Shown piece after piece: positions 46,834-56,505 of a stretch of DNA of 64,000 bases. The translations under genes were made by a program, and so were the position numbers. Source of the stretch: a virus. Lineage: Duplodnaviria; Caudoviricetes. Each line of letters starts with the position of its first letter. The stretch's first letter is position 1. The stretch is taken from positions 1 to 64,000 of IMG/VR virus record IMGVR_UViG_3300033073_000410; one strand, written 5' to 3'. The notes beneath the pieces are model-generated. The model was not told the DNA's origin, ran no database searches, and worked only from the letters and a program-made list of their open reading frames with translations.

Positions 46834-47709
46834 TTATTCTGTTGGGTTTTGTTCTTGTGATTGTGCAAGAGCTTTCTTTTTCTCTTCTTCCAAGTACATG
46901 GGTCCGATTGTATTCAACAAGTGTTGTTGATTTTCCATACAGAATACATATGCACCACTGTGACGTAACAATACTCGTTTGTCAACCCAGATTCTACCAC
47001 CTAGGTCACGCCAGTTTTCACAGAATGTCCAGTCTTCACTATAGTAACGACCTTGACGCACTGCTGTATCAAAGTATGTTTTCAAGTGAGCATCGTATTT
47101 AGGATCTAAACCGATATCATTCTTGTATGGCTTAACTGCTGGGTGATTGTTCATTTTCTCAAACACTTCACGCTTCATCAACAAGAAACCTGTACCTGCT
47201 TTACTTACTTCTTGTAAGCCGTCTGGTCCTTCTTCTGCACCCTCGAAACCGTTAACAACCCACTTGATGGGCATAGTCTTCATTGGGTACAAGCCACCAA
47301 TAACATCAACGTTTCTGTTTAACAATACTAATAGATGCCATGGTTCCCAACCAATATCAGCGTCAACAAAGAATAAATGTGTTGCACCTTCTTGTAATAG
47401 GAATTTAGCTGTAAGAGTATTTCTAGCACGTGAAATTAATGATTCGTTAACCATTGTTTCCAATGTCCAGTCGATATTCAATTGACGGGCTGTGTTAGCC
47501 CACTTAATAAACGACATGAATGTAGATTCAGTCAACATTCCACCATAGCATGGCATTGCTATGTGGACTTTAGTTGTACGTAAATAGTCTACGTTAACTT
47601 GAACTTGCCCATCTTGGGCTTTCTTCTCTTGTTCCTGGGCAGCTTGTTCAGCGATTTCGTGAACTTTTTCTACGGGAACTGTTTTTTCTTCGTCTTTTGT
47701 CTTTGCCAT
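46834..47709 (-). CDS. GT-A glycosyltransferase (GT2-like)
   Basis: IAMPCYGG, ESLISRARN, FVDADI (DxD), GTGFLL, SEDW.FC, L.H.G. Confidence 0.8.
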   Translation of the reverse strand: MAKTKDEEKTVPVEKVHEIAEQAAQEQEKKAQDGQVQVNVDYLRTTKVHIAMPCYGGMLTESTFMSFIKWANTARQLNIDWTLETMVNESLISRARNTLTAKFLLQEGATHLFFVDADIGWEPWHLLVLLNRNVDVIGGLYPMKTMPIKWVVNGFEGAEEGPDGLQEVSKAGTGFLLMKREVFEKMNNHPAVKPYKNDIGLDPKYDAHLKTYFDTAVRQGRYYSEDWTFCENWRDLGGRIWVDKRVLLRHSGAYVFCMENQQHLLNTIGPMYLEEEKKKALAQSQEQNPTE

Positions 47710-47765
47710 TTGGTCCTCTTTAAAGATGTAAATATTTACACTCTAAAGAGGAGTACGAAATATTT

Positions 47766-49637
47766 TTATTCGTCCACGTAATCTTCTATGATACCACGTT
47801 CATCCTTGACCCCGTAGTGCCCACGACTAGCTTCTGTGTGTGGTTGATAGATGACAAATGCTTTAGGGCGATATCTTAGAAAATGCTCATACGCATACTT
47901 GTGTGCCATTCCTAAGTTATCTGACTGATATAATGGTCCACCGATAAATTCAAACTCATCATTAGGATCACATTGGTATACAACATACTCAGCATAGTGG
48001 TCATCGTCATCACCGTTACCAGGAGCGAATTCGTTTAGACCTTGCTCTTTCTTTGCTTTCTCTATAGCATCCCATTCGGCACCAGTCTTTTGTCCACGTT
48101 TTTTCTTCTGTGCAGGAGCAGTAGATGATGAGCGACCAGTGTGCATGTTTCTGTAATCGCCACTTGGTGTCTTAGTAAAGTCACCTTCTTTAACATCTAG
48201 TGCATCACCAACTTCCATTGGCTCTAGACCGTGTACAGGACAATCTGGATCTGGATCTCCTGGATGGCAAGAGCATTTGTATTTGCTGCCTTCTTCTAAG
48301 TCGTCCGATTCTAATTCATTAATTGTTTTAGGATTATCTGCTGGGTAGAAGTAATAACCCATTACACCCTTCAAACCACTGCGTGTCCAGATATAAACTT
48401 GACGACCTTCTTTAGTAACAATTAGTTTCAAACTAGAAGGAACATCACCGCGAATTGGCATTCTTGACGCCATATTAAGTTGAATGCCATTTAGATACAT
48501 GAAACTGCTATCACCGTCCCATTCAGCATCAGTTTGAATAGGGGCGTTCTTGCCGTGATAGTTTACTTGATTCAAGCGTTCGATATCTTGTGTACCTTTT
48601 TGAATACGTTTAGCGTCTTGTTTTGCTTTTTCGGCTGCATCAGCACGTGCTTGTGCGGCATTTGAATCTGCGGCTGCTTTGTACATAGCTTGTTGATGGC
48701 TTGGTGTAGGGAATGCACCAGCGATACCACTTGCTTTACCGGCTGCGCCAGCTAATCCTGCACCCGCGATACCCTTTAAGATACCTCTACGTGAGATATC
48801 CTCTTCAACACCCTTAGTTCTAGCTTCTTTTTCTAAGTCTAGTTTACGTTGACGAATAGCTTCCTGGTCAACACCCGGCTCACGCTCTAAATCTTGTAGT
48901 GCTTTTCTTTTAGCATCTAAATCAGCCTTATCTTTAAGTGCGGATTCAATTAAACTATATACCTTTTGTTTTCTATCATTAGACATTGTTGGTAATAATG
49001 GTTTAATACGCTCGATAAATTCTTTTAATTTCTTAGTCTTAACTGCGCCCAATAATCTAGCTTCTGCTTTACGCATTAAATCCATGACTTCTTTATCACT
49101 TAATGCTTTAGGCATATCTCTGCGCCACACTTGATACTTCTGTTCTTCTGTAGCATCAGGTTGCAATAGTATTTCACGCATAGGAGTAGCACGTGGGCCC
49201 TCTTCTTGTGCATACTTGTCTTTTGTCTCTTGTCTTGAAATAACCTTGAGTTTTTGTAATCCCATTGATTGATATACGGGTACGCCCTCTTTGTTTGGCT
49301 TTTCTAAGTACTGGAACGCATTCTTCTGGTCAGCACCCACAACAACTACAACACCAACATAACCCTCGTTAGCTAATTGTGTTAATGCTTCGTTTAAGTT
49401 ACCCTCTGCTGTAAAGATAGTAGCATACTGAGGGAATACACGTTGATAGATTTTAATCTTTTCTTCGGGGAATAATGGATCGTCTTTGCCAACTGTTTTG
49501 CTGACAAAGAAGTAAGGATCCGCATGCATCATCTTAGCTTGTGTGATAACTGCACTGGCTAGATACATATGCCCTGTGTGACCCATACCACGACCCCATC
49601 CTACTACTGCGATTTTGCTTTGACCTGTGCGTTTCAT
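47766..49637 (-). CDS. HUP/cytidylyltransferase-like N-domain fused to a modular tail
   Basis: WGRGMGHTGH (HxGH), DPL....K, VVG.DQ, ATPMR; then LIE, VEE, LEE, VKE, LNE linkers, internal SRRGIL and CSC..CPVH. Confidence 0.7.
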   Translation of the reverse strand: MKRTGQSKIAVVGWGRGMGHTGHMYLASAVITQAKMMHADPYFFVSKTVGKDDPLFPEEKIKIYQRVFPQYATIFTAEGNLNEALTQLANEGYVGVVVVVGADQKNAFQYLEKPNKEGVPVYQSMGLQKLKVISRQETKDKYAQEEGPRATPMREILLQPDATEEQKYQVWRRDMPKALSDKEVMDLMRKAEARLLGAVKTKKLKEFIERIKPLLPTMSNDRKQKVYSLIESALKDKADLDAKRKALQDLEREPGVDQEAIRQRKLDLEKEARTKGVEEDISRRGILKGIAGAGLAGAAGKASGIAGAFPTPSHQQAMYKAAADSNAAQARADAAEKAKQDAKRIQKGTQDIERLNQVNYHGKNAPIQTDAEWDGDSSFMYLNGIQLNMASRMPIRGDVPSSLKLIVTKEGRQVYIWTRSGLKGVMGYYFYPADNPKTINELESDDLEEGSKYKCSCHPGDPDPDCPVHGLEPMEVGDALDVKEGDFTKTPSGDYRNMHTGRSSSTAPAQKKKRGQKTGAEWDAIEKAKKEQGLNEFAPGNGDDDDHYAEYVVYQCDPNDEFEFIGGPLYQSDNLGMAHKYAYEHFLRYRPKAFVIYQPHTEASRGHYGVKDERGIIEDYVDE

Positions 49638-50770
49638 AATTTTCTTGGCTTCCAATTCAATTGGTCGATAAGTTTTAAGAACTGTCCGGGTAAATCATTC
49701 TGAAAGTTAATCTCAGGGTGTGCTTGTACATAGCCCTCTGGATTAGTTTGCATGATTCCACCGTGAAGTCCTAGACTTAACGACTTGATAATCTTCATCT
49801 TCTCGTTTGTTAATGCTTCTACAGCACCCAGTGTAGCTTTCAAGCCCTCTTTGTCACTAAGCATCATTTGTGCTTTAGCTGGGCTTAAGTTTTGTTGTGC
49901 ATATGCTGGGAAATCTTTTAATAGATTCTTAACACGTAAATGTTTATTTAGATATGTATATAATTCACCACCGGGACTAGATAATCCCTTCTTAGGTGCT
50001 AGATAATTGTCAATTAACTGACTATTAGTTGAAATAAACTGTGCTAATTTATCTAGGCCACTAGTATCGACACCGGGCATTTCTTCTACATATGTTGTAC
50101 CCTGAACAATAACTCCGGGAACACTTAATTTCTCTGCGTTAGGATAACGTTGTTCGTCACCACTACCCAATGTAGCATAATAACCTGTAGCGGCTACCAT
50201 TAGTTTAGCACCTTTAATCTGTTTACCTAGATTACTGTCAGCAGGAACGTGAAACGTAGTGATATTAGGCTTAAAATCGTATGTCTTTGTACGTGGGTTT
50301 AATGTAGGAGGTGATTCACATCCAGGGAAGAACAATAATCCACCCTCGATGAAGCCTTTCTTAGGTGAAATCTTCTCAAAGTACGGCCATAGACTAGCTA
50401 ATGTCTGTGCAAACACTTTACGTCCACCAGCATCGCCGGATCCTGTGCCTAATACGAACTTAACAATATCTTCGGGACTGCTAGGAAGAGTGGGTGCGCC
50501 AGTATTAGTCTGCATCTTACCACTCTTTAAATATTGCCATGCATTCTTAGGAATCATTCTAAAGACTCCTTTATCATCACGGCCCCAATAGATAACGGGC
50601 ATACCATCCCATTTTAATTCAATCGAATCATACTTCTCAGTCATATACTTCATGCGTTCTACTGCGTGAAGGCCACCTTGACTACCATTACTGATAACCA
50701 AGTCTTCAATATGCTGATACTTACGACCAACAGTTCCGGCAGCTTCAAATAAAATATCGTTTAATTTCAT
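49634..50770 (-). CDS. DUF6267-like protein with ligase-type KxDG motif
   Basis: MKLNDILFE; HIEDL, LKWDGMP, F.PN...., EGYV, KLID. Confidence 0.65.
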   Translation of the reverse strand: MKLNDILFEAAGTVGRKYQHIEDLVISNGSQGGLHAVERMKYMTEKYDSIELKWDGMPVIYWGRDDKGVFRMIPKNAWQYLKSGKMQTNTGAPTLPSSPEDIVKFVLGTGSGDAGGRKVFAQTLASLWPYFEKISPKKGFIEGGLLFFPGCESPPTLNPRTKTYDFKPNITTFHVPADSNLGKQIKGAKLMVAATGYYATLGSGDEQRYPNAEKLSVPGVIVQGTTYVEEMPGVDTSGLDKLAQFISTNSQLIDNYLAPKKGLSSPGGELYTYLNKHLRVKNLLKDFPAYAQQNLSPAKAQMMLSDKEGLKATLGAVEALTNEKMKIIKSLSLGLHGGIMQTNPEGYVQAHPEINFQNDLPGQFLKLIDQLNWKPRKL

Positions 50771-51525
50771 TTTAGCATGTCCATTGTACGACGGAACCAT
50801 TCAGTTACGTTTGGAGTAGCAGCCTGCCAGCTTGCGCCAGCACGTGCTTTACTCATAATTTCTTCTTGTCTCTCTGGTGGGACTTTAGCAATGATAGATT
50901 CAACAGAACCCAAGTCTTTACCAGTAGCTCCCTTACCTAATAGATATTGAGCGATTGTATTCCAGTCGCTAGATAATAATTGTGCTTTCTTTCCTGCACT
51001 GTCTCTAGCATATAAACCCTCGTCTGGACTCCATAGCATATTCTGACTACTTGCTAGTGCGTTCATAACTAGTTGCTTGTTCACGCCCTTGTATGGACTA
51101 CCCTGAGGGATTTCATGTCTGTGATATTGTGCTACATTCTTAGCGTTCTTAACTACTTTGATATCTACTTGATAGAAGTTACCAGCTAAAGGGATTCTAG
51201 CATGAACTGTAACGCCCGCTAGTTTAGTCTGAATATTCTTTTCATTTAAATATGCAGCCAATGCTCTACGTGTAGTTGATGAATCGCTAGTGTTGAATTG
51301 TTTCATTAGTATTTCTAAGTCAACCATTGCGTCTAAGTCGTTTGCTCTTACAACTGACCCATCTTTGTTGTATCGTGGCTTCCAGCATGAGCCGATAACT
51401 TCTACGGAAACTCCCAAAGGTTTCACATATTTGAACGTAGCTTCTGCTAATGGCTTTCCAACTTCACTGGGGTCAAAGTTAGTTACTACATCGTCCCAAA
51501 TGTTTCCACCTTCCATTAAGTTCAT
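50767..51525 (-). CDS. Pol-beta-like nucleotidyltransferase
   Basis: MNLMEGGN; IGS......NDLDAMVD...YQVDI; S.YKG. Confidence 0.65.
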   Translation of the reverse strand: MNLMEGGNIWDDVVTNFDPSEVGKPLAEATFKYVKPLGVSVEVIGSCWKPRYNKDGSVVRANDLDAMVDLEILMKQFNTSDSSTTRRALAAYLNEKNIQTKLAGVTVHARIPLAGNFYQVDIKVVKNAKNVAQYHRHEIPQGSPYKGVNKQLVMNALASSQNMLWSPDEGLYARDSAGKKAQLLSSDWNTIAQYLLGKGATGKDLGSVESIIAKVPPERQEEIMSKARAGASWQAATPNVTEWFRRTMDMLK

Positions 51526-51526
51526 T

Positions 51527-51868
51527 TTAATAGCTCACTTTAATATGTTGAATAACACCAGCACTAAAATTGCTGATAACTACACGGATCCAAACAAAGT
51601 TTCCTGTGACGTTTTGATAACTGATTTGAGTTAATCCGTCAGCTTCGAAACTATGAACTTCGAACCAGTCGCCGTCTGTAGGGACTTCTGATAATGTAGC
51701 TTGAAATGAAATATAACCAGATACTGAGGTTAATTTCCATGCAACTGTTTGCAGATTCTTCTTGCTTAGATAGTACCCGGCGGCAGGGAAATGGTCGCTG
51801 ATAACCGTAGTGTTGTTGCCTGCAAAAGCCGTTTGACCAAGCATTAATGTTGTAATTGTTTGGCTCAT
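51527..51868 (-). CDS. Hypothetical beta-sandwich protein (probably structural)
   Basis: QATL...P...DWF.V...GNFVWIR. Confidence 0.6.
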   Translation of the reverse strand: MSQTITTLMLGQTAFAGNNTTVISDHFPAAGYYLSKKNLQTVAWKLTSVSGYISFQATLSEVPTDGDWFEVHSFEADGLTQISYQNVTGNFVWIRVVISNFSAGVIQHIKVSY

Positions 51869-52035
51869 TATGCTTTCTCAACTTCCACTAAAACATCTCC
51901 AGCAACTAACTGCTGAACAACTTCTTCAATCGTCTTGGGAAGGTCATCAAACCCGGTAGACTCTACATCTGCCGGGTTATCTCTTACAAGTTGGCTTAAT
52001 TTAACTACAAATACGGTTTCTACAATCTTGGCCAT
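51868..52035 (-). CDS. Small conserved protein, 55 aa (not in the track)
   Basis: MAKIVETVFVVKLSQLVRD...IEEVVQQLVAGDVLVEVEKA; GGAG SD and TAAATA upstream. Confidence 0.65.
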   Translation of the reverse strand: MAKIVETVFVVKLSQLVRDNPADVESTGFDDLPKTIEEVVQQLVAGDVLVEVEKA

Positions 52036-52067
52036 GAAAATACTCCATTAATAGAGTATTTATCATG

Positions 52068-52796
52068 TTATGTAGGTTCTGGACGCTTTTCTAATTTATA
52101 GCGTTTACCCAGCATGTCGCCGTACAATAGTGCTAGATAGCTTAATGTTGATTCTTCATTGTAGTCAATGAAGTAGTGACTGGACATGTAATTGCCCCAC
52201 CAATAATTAATTACAGTTTTTTCTCTAACCCACTTGGACATTGCAGGGCTAGAACTAAGGGTTTTCTTATTTTTATCTAAGAATTTCTTAAGTTCTTCCT
52301 TGAACCCGTCAGGAGCACGTTTGCTCTTTAAGTAAACCCTATAGTTAAACTTGGGCTTGTTTACAAAGTGCTTTATACCAACTAAATTACTTGTGATAAC
52401 TTCGGTCATGTCAGTTACAACATTAACATCGTTAGTATATTGTGACTTAATATCCTGCAAATACTGTAGGTCGTTACTGAAAACAGCAATTGTGTCACCC
52501 TCGCTACGCAACCCAATGTTCTTGTCCTTCTTAGCCGCGGCCCTGAAAGTAATTAACCTTTCAATTGGTACTAAGTTTTCAGTGATTTCTTTCTTTGCAT
52601 CGTCACGTAACTTACTGTACAATTTACTCTTCCCGGCTAAACGTAACTTCAATGTTTCGATATCACTGTACCAGGCATAACGAACACCCGGTATAGATAA
52701 ACGCAACCTATATAGGTACTTACTGTAATATGAACTGTCTCGGTAATCGTGAAAATCGATACCAGGAACATCACTGACTGACTTCAATAATCCCAT
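52068..52796 (-). CDS. Hypothetical protein
   Basis: 242-aa ORF downstream of clpA. Confidence 0.65.
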   Translation of the reverse strand: MGLLKSVSDVPGIDFHDYRDSSYYSKYLYRLRLSIPGVRYAWYSDIETLKLRLAGKSKLYSKLRDDAKKEITENLVPIERLITFRAAAKKDKNIGLRSEGDTIAVFSNDLQYLQDIKSQYTNDVNVVTDMTEVITSNLVGIKHFVNKPKFNYRVYLKSKRAPDGFKEELKKFLDKNKKTLSSSPAMSKWVREKTVINYWWGNYMSSHYFIDYNEESTLSYLALLYGDMLGKRYKLEKRPEPT

Positions 52797-55050
52797 CTTC
52801 TCCTACTTTCGCTACTAGTTTCTGTGATACCTCGAACTCGATGGTATCGTTGTTTAATACCGCGTTGATTGTACTATTTTTAATACGTTCAAACAAGATT
52901 TTCTTAGATAGAGGCACCCGAATCAATTCGTCAATCTTACGTGACAATGGACGAGCACCCATCTTACTATCATAGCCCTTTTCAGCTAGATATTCAACAA
53001 CTGGTTCACTCAAGTTCAACTGAATCTGATATGTGTCATTCAATTGTTTACGCAAGTCCTCTGTAAACTTAAGTACAATCTTCTTGATAGCCAATGTATC
53101 GAGTTTATCAAACTTACAGACCAAGTCGATACGGTTTCTGAATTCTGGCTTAAAGAACTCTTTCAACGCTTTGTCATCTTCACCTGTACGTTCTTGTGAA
53201 CCGAAACCAATCACTGACTTCTCACTATCACTAGAACCCAAGTTACTGGTCATGATAATGATACAGTTCTTAGCATTGACTTCTTTACCGTTCGTGCCGG
53301 TCACTCGACCTTCATCAAGTAATTGCAAGAACACGTTAAAGATATCTGGGTGAGCCTTTTCAACTTCGTCAAACAACAAGATAGCATGAGGGTTCTTGCT
53401 CAAGTCGTTGATTAAGCGTCCGCCACCTAAGTTGCCTTCGCCGAAGCCTACGTATCCGGGAGGTGCGCCGAGCAATGCTGACACGTTGAACTTTTCACTG
53501 TACTCTGACATGTCGTATTTCAACAAGGGCATGTCTAAGTTCTTACTTAACAAACGTGCAAGTTCAGTCTTACCCGTACCAGTTGGGCCTAAGAACAAGA
53601 AACTTGCCATTGGCTTAGTCTCTGGGCTGATGCCAGCAAAACTAACATATAAGCGATCCAATACAGCATCAACAGTCTTTTCTTGACCATACAACTTATG
53701 CTTCACGTTATCGGACAATGTCAACACACGTGCGTTACTGTCATTACTCAACTTGTCAGCAGGGACTTTAGCCATGCGTTCAACTTGTTCGTAAATCAAT
53801 TCTTTTGTAATCTTAGCACCACTGTTGTTCAATACTCTCTGTTTAGCACAAGCCGCATCAATCAAGTCAATTGACTTGTCTGGGTTCTTACGGTCATGCA
53901 TGTAACGGGTAGCACTATCTACTGCCGCAACAATAGCGTCATCTTCGATTTCAACATCATGGAAGTCATTCAAGCGTTTGCTCAAGCCACCAAGAATACG
54001 AATAGTTGATTCACGATTTGGTTCGTCAACTGATACACGATAGAAGCGGCGCATCAACGCACGATCCTTCTCGAAACTCTCATAGTACTCTTCCCAAGTT
54101 GTACTAGCGATAACTTTCAATGTACCCTTAGTGATAGCAGGCTTAATCATATTAGCGAAGTCAACACTGCCGTTACTACTGTTGCCACCAGCACCCTTCA
54201 TAGTGTGTGCTTCGTCAATGAAAAGAATAGCTTTCTTCTTGGCACTCAATGCTTCGAGTACTGACTTAATCTTTTCTTCAAAGTCACCGCGATACTTACT
54301 ACCAGCAAGCAAACTACCGATTTCAAGACTATAAAGAGTATGACCCTTCAAGAAGTCTGGGCAATCGCCGTCAACAATCTTTTGTGCTAGACCCTCTGCG
54401 ATAGCTGTCTTACCTACACCAGGATCACCCACCATTAACACGTTACTTTTGAATCGTTTAGCTAATACGTTAACAATCTCGTTGACCTCAGTTGAACGAC
54501 CAATCATTGGTTCTAGTTTACCAGTTTGTGCTAGTTCACTCAAATTGATAGTGTATTCTTCTAGGATTTCATTAGCTTGTGATTCTGTCAATGCAACGAT
54601 ACTATCATTGTGCTTATAGTTCTTTTGCCAGAAGGGAACAAACTGATTCTTTTCAACGCCATACTTCAATAAAAAGTAATGTGCATGGCTATTTGTTTCG
54701 TTTAAAATACTAAGATACAAGTCAATGCTTGTAACATTTTTACGACCGGTAAACAATACTTGTGTTACTGCTCGGTTCATTACACGCTCTAAACTATGTG
54801 TTTTGCGTGGCTGAACATCTTGTCCTTGACTGATATCTACCTTGATTGATTGTAGGTTATCGATATAACTGGTGATTTCCTTAATCATCATGTCAGTATC
54901 AGCACCAAATTGGTCAAGACATTTCTTAAACGGGGTGAATGTTACTAGTGCTAGTAACAAGTGCTCAATAGTGCAATATTCATGGTTGCGCTCTTTAGCG
55001 AATCCAACTGATGATTCAATGATGGATTCGATTTCTGGTGAATTAGTCAC
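52771..55050 (-). CDS. clpA: ATP-dependent Clp protease ATPase subunit
   Basis: N-domain EHLLLAL; GDPGVGKT, KYRGDFEE, FIDEAH; GPTGTGKTE, GAPPGYVG, DEVEKAH; IGF loop; MGARPL; no ClpB middle coiled coil. Confidence 0.92.
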   Translation of the reverse strand: MTNSPEIESIIESSVGFAKERNHEYCTIEHLLLALVTFTPFKKCLDQFGADTDMMIKEITSYIDNLQSIKVDISQGQDVQPRKTHSLERVMNRAVTQVLFTGRKNVTSIDLYLSILNETNSHAHYFLLKYGVEKNQFVPFWQKNYKHNDSIVALTESQANEILEEYTINLSELAQTGKLEPMIGRSTEVNEIVNVLAKRFKSNVLMVGDPGVGKTAIAEGLAQKIVDGDCPDFLKGHTLYSLEIGSLLAGSKYRGDFEEKIKSVLEALSAKKKAILFIDEAHTMKGAGGNSSNGSVDFANMIKPAITKGTLKVIASTTWEEYYESFEKDRALMRRFYRVSVDEPNRESTIRILGGLSKRLNDFHDVEIEDDAIVAAVDSATRYMHDRKNPDKSIDLIDAACAKQRVLNNSGAKITKELIYEQVERMAKVPADKLSNDSNARVLTLSDNVKHKLYGQEKTVDAVLDRLYVSFAGISPETKPMASFLFLGPTGTGKTELARLLSKNLDMPLLKYDMSEYSEKFNVSALLGAPPGYVGFGEGNLGGGRLINDLSKNPHAILLFDEVEKAHPDIFNVFLQLLDEGRVTGTNGKEVNAKNCIIIMTSNLGSSDSEKSVIGFGSQERTGEDDKALKEFFKPEFRNRIDLVCKFDKLDTLAIKKIVLKFTEDLRKQLNDTYQIQLNLSEPVVEYLAEKGYDSKMGARPLSRKIDELIRVPLSKKILFERIKNSTINAVLNNDTIEFEVSQKLVAKVGEDGIIEVSQ

Positions 55051-55061
55051 TAATTGTTCCT

Positions 55062-55868
55062 TTATTTAGATTGAGTTTGACGAATCATGTTTATTACAGA
55101 TGCGTCAATGTTAGCAGGGATAAATGGTTTTAGCAAGAGATATTGGTCACCGGCACCTTGATGATATGGGATTCCCTCGCCCTTAATCTTCATCATTGCA
55201 CCCGGTTGAGTCTTTTCGGGTATGTTGACTTCAAGTTCCTTACCCTTAATAGTAGTGAACTTAACTGTTGTACCCACAATTAGATCCAGAACTGAAATCT
55301 CAAATGTACTAATTAAGTCGGGACCATTACGTTCAAACTTTGGATTAGGTTGAACTCTGAACTCTGCTATAAGTACGCTGTCTGGGATTATGTGTTCGTA
55401 TTTGAGTTGTGTGCCGTTGTCAACACCGACTGGGATATCGATTTTGATTGCTTCAACTTTTCCAGATGGTAACTGTATTGAGAGTAACTGCTCTCCGCCA
55501 GTACAAACCTGTTCCAGGGTGACCCATACAATAGTCCTGAATACGTTCTGTCGCTGAAATCCTTGTCCGAAGAAGTTGTGGTTTCCACCTCCGAACATTT
55601 GGGCGAAAATGTCGTTAACGCTTCCCCCGTGATTGAATTGGAATCCGAAAGGGCTGCCGCCATGTTGACCGAATGGGTTTGGATTGTCATATTGCTGTTT
55701 CTTTTCTGGGTTAGATAAGTTATCGTAGGCTTCTTGAACCTTTTGGAACATGGCAGTGTCACCACCCTTATCTGGGTGATGTACTGCTGCCATTTTTCTG
55801 TATGCTTTTTTGATTTCGTCGGGGGAGGCATTTCTGTCTACCCCGAGAGTTTGATAATAGTCGCTCAT
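55062..55868 (-). CDS. dnaJ: DnaJ-class (type II/CbpA-like) co-chaperone
   Basis: DYY..LGV, HPDKGG, G/F region, C-terminal domain; no Zn finger. Confidence 0.9.
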   Translation of the reverse strand: MSDYYQTLGVDRNASPDEIKKAYRKMAAVHHPDKGGDTAMFQKVQEAYDNLSNPEKKQQYDNPNPFGQHGGSPFGFQFNHGGSVNDIFAQMFGGGNHNFFGQGFQRQNVFRTIVWVTLEQVCTGGEQLLSIQLPSGKVEAIKIDIPVGVDNGTQLKYEHIIPDSVLIAEFRVQPNPKFERNGPDLISTFEISVLDLIVGTTVKFTTIKGKELEVNIPEKTQPGAMMKIKGEGIPYHQGAGDQYLLLKPFIPANIDASVINMIRQTQSK

Positions 55869-55875
55869 AATATTG

Positions 55876-55904
55876 ATGATAGCACAGTTTGTGTGCTAAG
55901 TCAA
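55876..55904 (-). promoter_or_regulatory. sigma70 promoter with internal inverted repeat, probably leaderless
   Basis: TTGACT-N17-TATCAT, 7 nt from the ATG; TAGCACA-N5-TGTGCTA inverted repeat. Confidence 0.6.
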
Positions 55905-55907
55905 TAT

Positions 55908-56504
55908 TTATTTTGCCGCACCCTCAATTTTTTCTTTTGTTCTACCATATGCGGCGATACCTAGAACTGCACCCATTGCGATGTGGTAAAGACCAGCACC
56001 TTGTAATGTCAATGGTTGCCACTGTGACGTTACGTTACCGTGTGTCAATGCTTGTAACAATGACCAAAGAATTGGGAACACAACAAAGTCACATGTACAT
56101 GTTAACATATACACCCAACCCATAACTGGGCGCCATTTCTTGTTGATCCAATCTGTTGCGTCTTTGTCTAATGCTACTGTGGACTCTCCACCTTGGCTCA
56201 TTGCTCCTCCGCCGGATTGTAGGGCGGCTGCTTGGTTGTTGTTTGATTGCATGTTTGCTCCTCCCATTGACGGACTTGAGCCGAAACTGCTAGTTGTTGA
56301 CGATGTTGTAGTTGTAGTGCCAAAGCTACCGGAACCTCCGAAACCACTGGCTGCTGGGCTTGTTGCATTACCAAATCCTCCTCCGAATGAACTTCCCGTT
56401 GGGAAAGCAGATACGTTTGGATCTGCCGCTAGTGCCTCATGATGGTCGTCATCTGTGGCGATTGGAGTCTCTGCTCCCGCTTTTTTTGCTAGTAATGTTG
56501 CCAT
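55908..56504 (-). CDS. Holin-like membrane protein (3TM holin family)
   Basis: WRP..GW.Y......F...P...L...LG..AYGRT.EK. Confidence 0.65.
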   Translation of the reverse strand: MATLLAKKAGAETPIATDDDHHEALAADPNVSAFPTGSSFGGGFGNATSPAASGFGGSGSFGTTTTTSSTTSSFGSSPSMGGANMQSNNNQAAALQSGGGAMSQGGESTVALDKDATDWINKKWRPVMGWVYMLTCTCDFVVFPILWSLLQALTHGNVTSQWQPLTLQGAGLYHIAMGAVLGIAAYGRTKEKIEGAAK

Positions 56505-56505
56505 A

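Noticed and set aside
3830-55831. Nested same-strand alternative-frame ORFs (e.g. 3830, 9055, 12859, 20032, 20716, 45167, 55388)
   Set aside because: They lie inside or largely overlap clear genes in another frame and have no independent support.
55880-55899. CIRCE (HrcA operator) upstream of dnaJ
   Set aside because: The half-sites resemble TTAGCACTC/GAGTGCTAA, but the spacing is 6 nt too short; kept only as a generic inverted repeat.
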